NCBI GenBank assembly: GCA_964467915.1
Contig: CAYXSW010000003.1
Location: forward strand, 23,879 to 87,878
Length of the DNA: 64,000 nt
Direction of reading: 5' to 3'
From: an uncultured Marinoscillum sp.
GTDB taxonomy: Bacteria; Bacteroidota; Bacteroidia; Cytophagales; MED-G16
Shown here: positions 49,536 to 58,625 of the stretch, piece by piece
How the letters are laid out: each line of letters begins with the position of its first letter
Numbering within the stretch: the stretch's first letter is position 1
Notes under the pieces: generated by a model
The model's database searches: none
What the model saw: the letters and a program-made list of their open reading frames with translations, nothing else
Told to the model about the DNA's origin: nothing
Made by a program: the position numbers and the translations under genes

Positions 49536-50360
49536 TTAATTTATTTTAAATTTAAATAATCTAGGAAAGCCATTTCCCTCATCTTCTGATGTGATCCAAA
49601 AAGATGATTCATCAATAATTTTAACAGCCTCAATTTGAGCTTTTCCTACAGGAATTGTAAACTTTTCTATTTCAGAACTACTCAAATTATCTAGATTAAA
49701 GTTTTTTATTTTATAAAAAAATTGATTTCCACTAAAATCATATCCAACGAGAGCTACTAGCTTAAGAGATTTGTTATAGTCAGAACCAGTTATTAATGAA
49801 TTTACATTATAAGAATGTATTGGCTCAATGTCATAGGAACCTGGAACTTTGGGTAAAATATAAAGTTCTGTAATCAGATCCTTTCGATCTTTAGAAAATA
49901 GCACTAGTTTATCATCTGCAGAAATAATACTCTCTGCATCATATGGGTGCTTATTTCTTCTCTCATAATTTTTCTGACTTTTATATTTAAATTCAATCTT
50001 ACCTTTACAATTAAAATTGTTTTTTTTATCTAAAATAAGAACAGATAGGTTTTGCCTATTTCCATAATTATTTCCAGAATTAGATACAAATACGTTTTCA
50101 TCATCTGCTGTAATATCTTCCCAGTCATCGTTAGCACCACAGTTTAGAATTTCATACTCATTTACTATTTTTCCTTCTTTTGTGAACTCATATATTTTTG
50201 CTTCTCCTCCTGAGTCATTATGTGTTAAAAAGTTATTGTTATAATATTCCAGCCCTGATGTTTCGTTTATTTTAATTGGCAAAAATTGTTTTTCTAAAGT
50301 TACTTCATCAGTGCAGGATACTATTGCAAAAAGAAGAAGTAGTGATCTGATGTTTTTCAT
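49536..50360 (-). CDS. Lipoprotein with beta-propeller-like repeats (SdiA-regulated/esterase-phytase-like)
   Basis: Lipobox VSC; ETSGL, THNDSG, DWEDIT, GNNYGNR, DAES, QIEAV. Confidence 0.65.
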   Translation of the reverse strand: MKNIRSLLLLFAIVSCTDEVTLEKQFLPIKINETSGLEYYNNNFLTHNDSGGEAKIYEFTKEGKIVNEYEILNCGANDDWEDITADDENVFVSNSGNNYGNRQNLSVLILDKKNNFNCKGKIEFKYKSQKNYERRNKHPYDAESIISADDKLVLFSKDRKDLITELYILPKVPGSYDIEPIHSYNVNSLITGSDYNKSLKLVALVGYDFSGNQFFYKIKNFNLDNLSSSEIEKFTIPVGKAQIEAVKIIDESSFWITSEDEGNGFPRLFKFKIN

Positions 50361-50501
50361 TTTCTATTCAAGTTAATTTTTTAAAATACAATAATTATTT
50401 TGTAATTCTTGCCTAATAAAAAATTTAGAAAAAATATATAATTATATTTATCTCAAATTCTATTCGATTAGAATATAGTAATAATTTAAAATTTAATACA
50501 T

Positions 50502-50906
50502 ATGAAATATTTTTATTTATTGTTAATGATTTTTTGCATAAACTTTTCAGCTATTTCTCAAAAAGGAGAAAATAGATTTGTTTATGAATTATCATTTGAG
50601 TTTAATCCAAATTCATCAATATCTGATGCTGAGAAACAGTTTTTTATTTTTTATGAAGGATTTAAAAGAAGCCAGTTCTGTACCCAAGCAGTTGCCCATC
50701 AACATCATTCTGGAGATAGATTAGATTATAAAATCTTAGCCTATACAGATAGTTGGGACAATATAGATGACATGATGGAAGAAGCTCAAAATTATTTTGC
50801 TGAGCAAGATCCAACTATGTTTACTGAGCCATGGAAAATCTTACATACAGGAGATGCTATCTATGCTGTAAGAAAATCTTTAGAAGAAGGTTATATTACC
50901 AAGTAA
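50502..50906 (+). CDS. Secreted hypothetical protein
   Basis: Signal peptide ending AIS/Q; HQHHSGD, SWDNID, HTGDAIY. Confidence 0.75.
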   Translation: MKYFYLLLMIFCINFSAISQKGENRFVYELSFEFNPNSSISDAEKQFFIFYEGFKRSQFCTQAVAHQHHSGDRLDYKILAYTDSWDNIDDMMEEAQNYFAEQDPTMFTEPWKILHTGDAIYAVRKSLEEGYITK

Positions 50907-50918
50907 AGTAAGGCAAGA

Positions 50919-50950
50919 AAATAAGGGTTCTCATTAGAGAACCTTTATTT
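50919..50950 (+). terminator. Intrinsic terminator hairpin
   Basis: AAATAAGGGTTCTC-ATTA-GAGAACCTTTATTT, with one G-U pair. Confidence 0.75.
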
Positions 50951-50967
50951 ATTATTAACTTTATTGT

Positions 50968-51429
50968 ATGATTTCAAGGGAAGATATTTTAAGATCTCAG
51001 GATAAATGGACTTTAGCAATTATTGGTATTGGAGAAACTAAAGATGATTACTCTAAATCTAAAAAACTAACTTCAGAATTTCTAAATGACCTTTATGACT
51101 TCAAAGAAGGAAAGGTTCAGTTTAAACCTACAAAGGCCTCAAAACACCAGTTTAGAAATGATGAAGCTTCTGCTATATCATATTTTATTGGGGGAAATAA
51201 ATCTTTTATTGAAGATTATGGCTTTGCGATAAAACCATGGAAAAAAATAGAATTTGTGAATGATACTATTAACATATATGAAGACATTGGAATTGCAATG
51301 GGAAACTATTTTTTTACAGATTATTCAGGAAATAAAATAAGGGTAGAGTATTCTTTCGTATACCTTAAAAAAAACACCTCAGTAAAAATAATTTTACATC
51401 ATTCATCTCTCCCTTATAAATCAGTTTAA
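50968..51429 (+). CDS. Iota-class carbonic anhydrase (COG4337-like, NTF2 fold)
   Basis: FKPTKA..QFR, A.SYFIGG, EDYGFA.KPW, AMGNYFF, VEYSF.Y, C-terminal LHHSSLPY. Confidence 0.78.
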   Translation: MISREDILRSQDKWTLAIIGIGETKDDYSKSKKLTSEFLNDLYDFKEGKVQFKPTKASKHQFRNDEASAISYFIGGNKSFIEDYGFAIKPWKKIEFVNDTINIYEDIGIAMGNYFFTDYSGNKIRVEYSFVYLKKNTSVKIILHHSSLPYKSV

Positions 51430-52365
51430 TCTGGAGATTATTTTTCTTTGAATCATCCAATCTCTAACAACTTCTGGCCAAGATCTAACTGTTCCTTTTG
51501 CTTCACTAATACCGTATCCGTGTCCTCCCTTTTCCCATATGTGTAAAGCTGCTGGAATATTGTATCTCTTTAAAGCTAAATAATAATTTATGCTATTTAT
51601 TGGTTTGACTGTCGTATCATCACTAGTGTGAATAAGAATGGCTGGCGGAGTATCCTCTGAAACATTAAGCTCACCTGAAAAAAACTCTATTTTTTCTTGA
51701 TTTGGGTTTTTACCTATAAGGTTATCTCTTGTCCAGTTGTTTGTTTCATTTTTTTTCATGGTAATAACCGGATAAACTAGAATGCTATAGTCTGGCCTTG
51801 AACTAGTTCTTTCAATTTTATCTTCAGAGGTTTCAGACCCATAATCAAAATGAGTTGATACTGTAGATGCTAGGTGACCCCCAGCTGAAAATCCAATTAC
51901 TCCTATTTTTTTAGGATCTATATTCCATTCTTTAGATTTTGATCTGACAAGTCTAATAGCTTGTTCAGCATCCAAGATTGCAGAAACACTTTTACAGTCT
52001 TCAGATTCCCATCCTGGAAGCCTATGCTTTAATACAAAAGCTGATACACCAAAAGAATTAAACCAATTTGCAATTTCTATACCTTCCTTATCAAATGACA
52101 GGAACGAATACCCACCTCCAGGAATAATTATAACAGCTGGTGTTAGTTGATTTTTATTCTTTACTGGATAGTGCCAAATTTGAGGTGTCCCCACTTTTTT
52201 GAATATTCTATATTTCCCTTCATAATCAATTTCTAGTTTTAAATCACTCTCACAAGGAATGTCATTATCGAATAAATTTATTTTATTTTCTTGTGCAAAG
52301 TTTGTGCCTGAGAGGGCCAATGTAAACAGACAATAAATTAAGAAAATATTTGGAGTAGTTTTCAT
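51421..52365 (-). CDS. Secreted alpha/beta hydrolase (acetylxylan/feruloyl esterase-like)
   Basis: PGGGY oxyanion motif, GFSAGGH nucleophile elbow, DDTTV, GGHGYG. Confidence 0.88.
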   Translation of the reverse strand: MKTTPNIFLIYCLFTLALSGTNFAQENKINLFDNDIPCESDLKLEIDYEGKYRIFKKVGTPQIWHYPVKNKNQLTPAVIIIPGGGYSFLSFDKEGIEIANWFNSFGVSAFVLKHRLPGWESEDCKSVSAILDAEQAIRLVRSKSKEWNIDPKKIGVIGFSAGGHLASTVSTHFDYGSETSEDKIERTSSRPDYSILVYPVITMKKNETNNWTRDNLIGKNPNQEKIEFFSGELNVSEDTPPAILIHTSDDTTVKPINSINYYLALKRYNIPAALHIWEKGGHGYGISEAKGTVRSWPEVVRDWMIQRKIISRLN

Positions 52366-52436
52366 AGTAATATATTTTAAATAACAGTATAAATATATTA
52401 AATTAAAATCTCTAGAATTATGAAATATATGGTAAG

Positions 52437-53879
52437 ATGAGCAAAAAATATATAATTAATCTGATATCATGCTTCTTGATATCTATGCCATTTGTTAGTT
52501 GTCAAGTAGATAAAGAGCAAAAAAAGAAACTGAATGTGATCTTTATATTAGTTGATGATTTGGGATGGAATGATTTAGGGTATTCCGGGAGTACATTTTA
52601 TGAAAGCCCAAATATTGATAGTTTATCTAATGATAGCTTTCAGTTTATGAACGCATATGCTGCCAGCCCTGTATGCTCTCCAACTAGGGCTTCTATCATG
52701 ACGGGCAAACACCCATCTAGAGTAAATATTACCGATTGGATCCCGGGACTTGACCCAAAAGACAAACCTCTTTTTGGTCCAAAAGATTTAAATAAACTCC
52801 CATTAGAGGAAACTACAATTGCTGAAAAATTAAGAGACTCAGGTTATAGAACTTTTTATGTAGGCAAGTGGCACCTTGGATCACAAGGATATTACCCAGA
52901 AAACCATGGGTTTGATGTTAACATTGGTGGCTTTGATAAAGGTAGCCCAATGGGAGGGTATTACTCTCCATATAAAAACCCCAAACTAAGTGATGGTCCT
53001 GAGGGAGAATACCTTACAGATAGATTGACAGACGAAGCGCTTGGTTTAATAAACAATCACGATACTAATGAACCTTTTGCTCTTTTTCTTTCATTTTACA
53101 ATGTGCATACACCAATTCAAGCGAATTTGAAACATGTGAACTATTTTAAAGAAAAATTATCTAAACTGAATGATAATATAGCCAGAACAAAAAAAGAAGG
53201 GGAAGCAATAACTAGATTAAATCAAACTAATTCACAATATGCTTCTATGGTGTATGCTGTTGATGAGAATGTAGGCAAACTAATTAAGAGTTTAAAAAAT
53301 GAAGGCTTATATGAAAACTCTCTAATTATTTTCACATCAGACAATGGTGGGTTATCTACCCTAAAAAGAATTGCACCAACTTCGGTTTATCCTCTAAGAG
53401 CAGGTAAGGGATGGCTTTATGAAGGAGGAATAAAAATTCCGCAATTAATTAAAGTGCCAGGGAACTCAGAGAATGTAAAAGTTAATGACTTGACAGTTTC
53501 TTATGATCTTTTTCCAACCATTTTAGATTTAGTTGGGATTCAAAACGATAGTAAAATTGATGGTGTAAGTTTAATGCCTACACTAAAAGACAAATCTAGA
53601 ATTGACAGAAAAAATATTTATTGGCATTTTCCTCATTACCATGGAAGTTTATGGAAACCCGGTTCAGCTATTAGATCTGGGGATTGGAAACTAGTCCTTC
53701 ATTATGAGTCTAATGAAGTGGAGTTATTTAACCTGAAAGATGACCCTGGTGAGTTAAATGATGTCTCAAGTTTATTCAAGGAAAAAAAAGAACAGCTTCT
53801 AAATCAATTAAATAAAATGATGAAAGAAACTAATGCAAATTCTGTTTCAATAAATAACAGTTATCAGCAGGTAAAATGA
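52437..53879 (+). CDS. Formylglycine-dependent (S1) sulfatase, Cys-type lipoprotein
   Basis: DDLG, CSPTRAS, GKWHLG, SDNG, KGWLYEGG; lipobox VSC. Confidence 0.95.
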   Translation: MSKKYIINLISCFLISMPFVSCQVDKEQKKKLNVIFILVDDLGWNDLGYSGSTFYESPNIDSLSNDSFQFMNAYAASPVCSPTRASIMTGKHPSRVNITDWIPGLDPKDKPLFGPKDLNKLPLEETTIAEKLRDSGYRTFYVGKWHLGSQGYYPENHGFDVNIGGFDKGSPMGGYYSPYKNPKLSDGPEGEYLTDRLTDEALGLINNHDTNEPFALFLSFYNVHTPIQANLKHVNYFKEKLSKLNDNIARTKKEGEAITRLNQTNSQYASMVYAVDENVGKLIKSLKNEGLYENSLIIFTSDNGGLSTLKRIAPTSVYPLRAGKGWLYEGGIKIPQLIKVPGNSENVKVNDLTVSYDLFPTILDLVGIQNDSKIDGVSLMPTLKDKSRIDRKNIYWHFPHYHGSLWKPGSAIRSGDWKLVLHYESNEVELFNLKDDPGELNDVSSLFKEKKEQLLNQLNKMMKETNANSVSINNSYQQVK

Positions 53880-53951
53880 ATGTGGATTTTATTTAGAACT
53901 ATCTGTCTTAATTTCAGATTTTTTAAGAAAATTATTACCTAATTTTAAATT

Positions 53952-54326
53952 ATGAAAAAAATTGAACCAATTAATATAATGAATAAGTTTTCATTATTTA
54001 ATGAAGAATGGACTCCTAAAATTATAGGAGAATTGAATGGTCAGCATGTAAAATTATGTAAACTTAAAGATGATTTTGTATGGCATAGTCATGAAAATGA
54101 AGATGAACTCTTTATGGTCTTTAAAGGTACTCTTTTAATTGATTTTAGAGAAGGCAGAACAGTTGAAGTAAAAGAAGGTGAAATTTTAATTGTTCCAAAA
54201 GGAGTAGAACATAGACCTCATACTAATGGAGAGATTGTATTTAATCTATTATTTGAACCAAAGACAACTTTACATACTGGCAATAGAGAAACTGAAATGA
54301 CAGTAAAAGAATTAAATTGGATTTAG
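53952..54326 (+). CDS. Cupin domain protein
   Basis: FVWHSHENEDELF, VPKGVEHRP. Confidence 0.92.
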   Translation: MKKIEPINIMNKFSLFNEEWTPKIIGELNGQHVKLCKLKDDFVWHSHENEDELFMVFKGTLLIDFREGRTVEVKEGEILIVPKGVEHRPHTNGEIVFNLLFEPKTTLHTGNRETEMTVKELNWI

Positions 54327-54370
54327 TACGGTCTGCCCGCATTACTTATAGCCATTGTTGTGTGTAGTTT
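54319..54370 (-). repeat. Single arm of an attC-like Bacteroidota cassette repeat (relic)
   Basis: Minus strand reads AAACTACACACAACAATGGCTATAAGTAATGCGGGCAGACCGTACTAAATCC; relatively GC-rich patch in an AT-rich spacer; family recognised from memory only. Confidence 0.5.
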
Positions 54371-54459
54371 ATTATTTCAGAGTTTTCAGGATATCGTTAC
54401 AAAAATCGGGATAATCGATGAATCAAATATATAGTATATAAACGGAAAAAGTGGGAGTC

Positions 54460-55368
54460 TTATGCTCTACTTTTAGCTACCACAAAATGTTCAAGTTTGA
54501 AAATGTGATTTTCAGGAATTGTTCTTCCAATGGGGGTAAAATACTTGGAATTAAGATCAGCTATGGTTTTATTTTCTGTTAATAAAAACCTGTTTTGGGA
54601 GAGTAAATCCTCAATTTCTTCAGCTGAGTAAAATGATATCCATGGTTCGCCTACTTTTGCTGATCCATATGTTATTAATTTAGCTACTCGTGCAGCGTTT
54701 GGATAACCCTTACCAAAGCAGGCAATTGGATCTTCTATGAGAAGTTTATTTACATATGACATAAACAGTGTCGCATTAGAATTTGAGCTTAAAACAGCCA
54801 GTTCTTTTAAAGTTGAGTTAAGCGCTTCTCTTGTAATATATTGCGAAACACCTTCTAGTGTAAATACAGTTGATTTACTTTGATCAAACCCTGCATTCAA
54901 GAGTTGTTCTTTGAGAGATTGGTGATTAAAATCAACACTCACATACGTTACGTTTTCTTCATTAGGTATCTGACCTGTAAGCTTAGATCGTTTTCTTTCT
55001 TGAACTTCAGGTTGATCAACTTCGAATATCTTTAATTCGGATGGAAGTTTAAGACGATGCGCTCTTGAGTCATAACCAGCTCCTAGAATGACATATTGTT
55101 CTGCATCAATAGAGGTACTTTTTTCAATTAGATCATCTATAAATCGTGTTCTAGAAATTAGAAGCTCATGAAATCCAGGAGCAAACTTTTTTGATAACCA
55201 AACACTAAACTTGTGCCCCATAAGTTTAATTATACTTGCCCCAAGCACAAAATTTTTGGCATAAGGATCATAAATAATACGTCGATCAGGTTTAGCAAGT
55301 GATTCAATCATTCGTTGTTTTGCAACTCCTTGAGCAGTTCCATCTTTTCTAAATATTGAGTTACTCAT
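54460..55368 (-). CDS. SAM-dependent methyltransferase (LCM / TIGR00027-like)
   Basis: DPYA, RTRFIDD, QYVILGAGYDSRAHRL, FEVDQP, EGVSQY. Confidence 0.92.
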   Translation of the reverse strand: MSNSIFRKDGTAQGVAKQRMIESLAKPDRRIIYDPYAKNFVLGASIIKLMGHKFSVWLSKKFAPGFHELLISRTRFIDDLIEKSTSIDAEQYVILGAGYDSRAHRLKLPSELKIFEVDQPEVQERKRSKLTGQIPNEENVTYVSVDFNHQSLKEQLLNAGFDQSKSTVFTLEGVSQYITREALNSTLKELAVLSSNSNATLFMSYVNKLLIEDPIACFGKGYPNAARVAKLITYGSAKVGEPWISFYSAEEIEDLLSQNRFLLTENKTIADLNSKYFTPIGRTIPENHIFKLEHFVVAKSRA

Positions 55369-55416
55369 TTTTTATTTATTGATTTTTTAACTAATATTCA
55401 AAACTTTGACTTTTTG

Positions 55417-55491
55417 TGGGTGATACTGGATTCGAACCAGTGACCCCTGCCCTGTCAAGGCAGTGCTCTGAACCAACTGAGCTAATCACCC
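55417..55491 (-). tRNA. tRNA-Val(GAC); CCA not encoded
   Basis: GGGTGAT/ATCACCC acceptor stem, GCTC/GAGC D arm, CTGCC-TTGACAG-GGCAG anticodon arm, ACTGG-TTCGAAT-CCAGT T arm. Confidence 0.96.
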
Positions 55492-55547
55492 ATATGTTAA
55501 AATTACTTAAAAAATACCATCAAATTATCACTATGTTTTACTTTCAG

Positions 55548-55555
55548 TAAATTTG
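55548..55555 (+). promoter_or_regulatory. -7 element abutting the sensor kinase start
   Basis: TAAATTTG, with ATG at 55560. Confidence 0.55.
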
Positions 55556-55559
55556 TAGT

Positions 55560-57107
55560 ATGAATAGAAAAAACTTCATAATAATTATAGTTTTATTGGT
55601 TATTTCTCTTGTTTCAATACTTTTCGTTCAGTTTAATTGGATAACAGACCTTAATAGATTGAATGAGGATAGGTTTAGAAAAGATATACAACATGTTCTG
55701 TTAATGATTAACGAGAGATTAGAAGAAAAAGAAATAATAAACTTAACAAAAGACAATTTACAAGCTACTTTTAAGATTAGAAGAAGTAACGAAAGTGGAG
55801 ATATTGAGCTAATTGAATCAACTTTTAATAAAAAAACATTAGACTCTTCAGTCAACCTTAGTTCAGAAAATTCTCTTCAATTTAATATTGAATCTGGAGA
55901 CTCAGATAACTCTAAAATTAATTCTAATGTTAATGCCTCTATTCAAATTGAAGATTTACAAAGTCTGAATTTAGATTCTTCAATGCAAAGTCAAATCAAT
56001 AAAATTCTAGACAGGTCTGAAATGATACAGATAATTTTAAATAAGCTTTTGACAAATGACAGAACGATTAAGTCTGATTTTAATATGGACTTTCTTAATA
56101 AGATGATAATGGTTAATCTTTCTCGAATGAATATGAATCTAGATTACGAGTTTTTAATTTATAATAATGAAACTAACGAAATAGAATTATCTAGTTCTAA
56201 TAATCCTCAAATATTAAAGTCAGAGTTTTCTATAAATCTGTTTCAAAATGATTTAATAGACTCAAATCTAGATCTATATCTTTATTTTCCAGATCAAAGC
56301 AGTTACATTGAAGAAAACAATTTATTAAGTATGGTCTTCTCTATTATATTCCTAACTCTTATAGCTTTTTGTTTTTATTATGTGATCTTAAAAGTTTTTG
56401 AACTTAAAAAATTATCAGATATTAAAAATGAATTTATAGATAATATGACTCATGAATTAAAAACTCCAATTTCAACTATATCTCTTGCTTGTGAAGCTTT
56501 GATGGATAGAGATTTTAAAAAAGTAGGCTCGAGAGAAAAATATATAAATATTATTAATGATGAAAATAAGAGACTTGGAGGTCAGGTTGAAAATGTATTA
56601 AGTATAGCTAAGACGGAAAAGGCTAGTTATAAGTTAGACCTTGAAGAGTTATGCGTTCATGAAATCATTAAAGACTCAATTAATATAAACAAATTTAAAA
56701 TTCAAAAAAGGGAAGGCCTAATTAAAGCCAATTTAAAAGCAGATATCTCTTTAGTTCATGGTAACTATGATCATTTACTAAATGTGTTTAATAATTTATT
56801 GGATAATGCAAATAAATATTCTTTGGAAAATCCTATAATTAATATATCTAGTATAAATAATAAAAACTTTATTGAAATATCAATTTCAGATCAAGGAATT
56901 GGTGTTAAGAAAAGTAATATTGATAAAATTTTCGATAAATTCTATAGGGAACCTCAAGGAAATATTCATAATGTAAAAGGTTTTGGTCTAGGTTTATCTT
57001 ATGTTAAAAATATTTTAAATAAACATAATGCTACCATTTCAGTTGAGAGTGTTGTAAATAAAGGAACTATATTTAAGATCAGAATTAAAAATATTAAACA
57101 TGGATAA
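55560..57107 (+). CDS. Sensor histidine kinase (RprX-like)
   Basis: Two TMs; H-box NMTHELKTP, NLLDNANKY, DQGIG, FDKFYR, GFGLGL. Confidence 0.93.
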   Translation: MNRKNFIIIIVLLVISLVSILFVQFNWITDLNRLNEDRFRKDIQHVLLMINERLEEKEIINLTKDNLQATFKIRRSNESGDIELIESTFNKKTLDSSVNLSSENSLQFNIESGDSDNSKINSNVNASIQIEDLQSLNLDSSMQSQINKILDRSEMIQIILNKLLTNDRTIKSDFNMDFLNKMIMVNLSRMNMNLDYEFLIYNNETNEIELSSSNNPQILKSEFSINLFQNDLIDSNLDLYLYFPDQSSYIEENNLLSMVFSIIFLTLIAFCFYYVILKVFELKKLSDIKNEFIDNMTHELKTPISTISLACEALMDRDFKKVGSREKYINIINDENKRLGGQVENVLSIAKTEKASYKLDLEELCVHEIIKDSININKFKIQKREGLIKANLKADISLVHGNYDHLLNVFNNLLDNANKYSLENPIINISSINNKNFIEISISDQGIGVKKSNIDKIFDKFYREPQGNIHNVKGFGLGLSYVKNILNKHNATISVESVVNKGTIFKIRIKNIKHG

Positions 57108-57798
57108 TAAGCGAATTCTTATTGTAGAAGATGATCCTAATCTAGGTAAAATATTGAATGAATTTTTGTCTGCTAAAGGATACCATGTCGTCTTAGCTGT
57201 TGATGGTGAAGAAGGAAAACAAAAGTACTTAAGTGAAGATAATTGGAATCTAATTATCCTAGATGTGATGATGCCTAAAAAGGATGGTTTTTCATTGGCT
57301 AAGGATATAAGAAAGGTTGATAAAAATATTCCTATAATTTTTCTTACCGCAAAGTCTCAGAAGGAAAATATAATCAAGGCATTTAAGCTAGGGGGTGATG
57401 ATTACTTAACAAAGCCTTTTAGTATAGAGGAACTTCTTGTAAGAATGGAGGCGGTAATGAAAAGAACACCTCAGAAAAAGAAAAATGAATTAAATGATAA
57501 TTTTGAACTTGGAAGTTATAAATATACCCACAACCAAAACTTATTAATTGATAAAAATAGGAATCAATATAGACTCACCACTAAAGAAAATGAACTTTTA
57601 AAACTGTTCTGTATAAATATAAATGAAAAGGTTGATAGAAATACCGCTTTAATTAAGATTTGGGGTGATGATTCATATTATAATGCTAGAAGTATGGATG
57701 TATATATTGCAAAACTCAGAAAATATTTAAAGGCGGACCCTAAAATTGAAATTAAAACCATACATGGTCATGGGTTTAAACTACTGATTTTAGATTAA
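57100..57798 (+). CDS. rprY: OmpR-family response regulator (RprY-like)
   Basis: VEDD, LDVMMP, FLTAK, KPF; IWGDDSYYNARSMDVYIAKLRK. Confidence 0.85.
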   Translation: MDNKRILIVEDDPNLGKILNEFLSAKGYHVVLAVDGEEGKQKYLSEDNWNLIILDVMMPKKDGFSLAKDIRKVDKNIPIIFLTAKSQKENIIKAFKLGGDDYLTKPFSIEELLVRMEAVMKRTPQKKKNELNDNFELGSYKYTHNQNLLIDKNRNQYRLTTKENELLKLFCININEKVDRNTALIKIWGDDSYYNARSMDVYIAKLRKYLKADPKIEIKTIHGHGFKLLILD

Positions 57799-57836
57799 AC
57801 TCTTGTTTTAAACCTTTTTTTTTATTACTAATAGGT

Positions 57837-58559
57837 ATGAACTTAATAGCATCAATATATATTAAGGACAATAAAACTGTCAATGTTAAATCTGGAGACT
57901 TCAGAACACTAAAGGTATATCCTAAAAGTCCAATTGATTTAATTAAAGAATATGAGGACATAGGAATCAAAGAAATTTATCTTGTTGACCTTGGATCAGC
58001 AAAAATGCATGAAAAAAATAATTTTAATTTACTTGAGATGATGAGTCAATTTGCAAAAGTTAAAATTAATTATTCTGGAGGAATGAGAAATAATGAACAG
58101 ATCAGTAACGCCTTTATCAATGGTGCCAAAAAAGTGACTTTAGGAAGTTTGCCTGTATATGATAAAGAAATATTTTTAAGTTGCTTAACCACATGGGGTT
58201 ATAAAAAAGTCGTCCTTGCAGTTGATGTTTTCAATAAAAGTTTGAAAATTAATGGGTGGAAATATCAAACAAAGATTGACCCAATAAATCATATAGATTA
58301 TTTTCATAAGAAAGGGCTAAAAAAGATTAAGGTTACTGATATTTCAAAAGATGGAACCCTGGAAGGTCCTCCAATAGCTCTATATAAAAAAATATTAAAG
58401 AAATTTCCGTTAATTGACTTAACAACTAGTGGTGGAATTAGAAATATTAAAGACTTATACAAGCTAAAAGGTATAGGTGTTCACAATGCAATATTTGGAC
58501 ACGCATATTACAAGGAAAAAATAACTCGTGAGGAAATAAAGAATTATTTAAAAAAATAA
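57837..58559 (+). CDS. HisA-like TIM-barrel protein (divergent)
   Basis: VDL, SGGMR, VLAVD, GW, TDISKDGTLEGP and SGGIR present; N-terminal PAID motif replaced by ASIY. Confidence 0.8.
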   Translation: MNLIASIYIKDNKTVNVKSGDFRTLKVYPKSPIDLIKEYEDIGIKEIYLVDLGSAKMHEKNNFNLLEMMSQFAKVKINYSGGMRNNEQISNAFINGAKKVTLGSLPVYDKEIFLSCLTTWGYKKVVLAVDVFNKSLKINGWKYQTKIDPINHIDYFHKKGLKKIKVTDISKDGTLEGPPIALYKKILKKFPLIDLTTSGGIRNIKDLYKLKGIGVHNAIFGHAYYKEKITREEIKNYLKK

Positions 58560-58612
58560 GTTTAATCTTTAATTCTACTTTTTCTTAAATCTAATAATCA
58601 TAGAATTTAATG

Positions 58613-58620
58613 TATTTTTG
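58613..58620 (+). promoter_or_regulatory. -7 element abutting the purK start
   Basis: TATTTTTG-CACTC-ATG. Confidence 0.55.
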
Positions 58621-58625
58621 CACTC

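Noticed and set aside
53886-53905. TTATTTAGAAC resembling half a Fur-type box upstream of the cupin
   Set aside because: The second half is absent; such matches are expected by chance in AT-rich DNA
55414-55417. tRNA-Val lacks an encoded CCA
   Set aside because: Common in Bacteroidota; CCA is added post-transcriptionally
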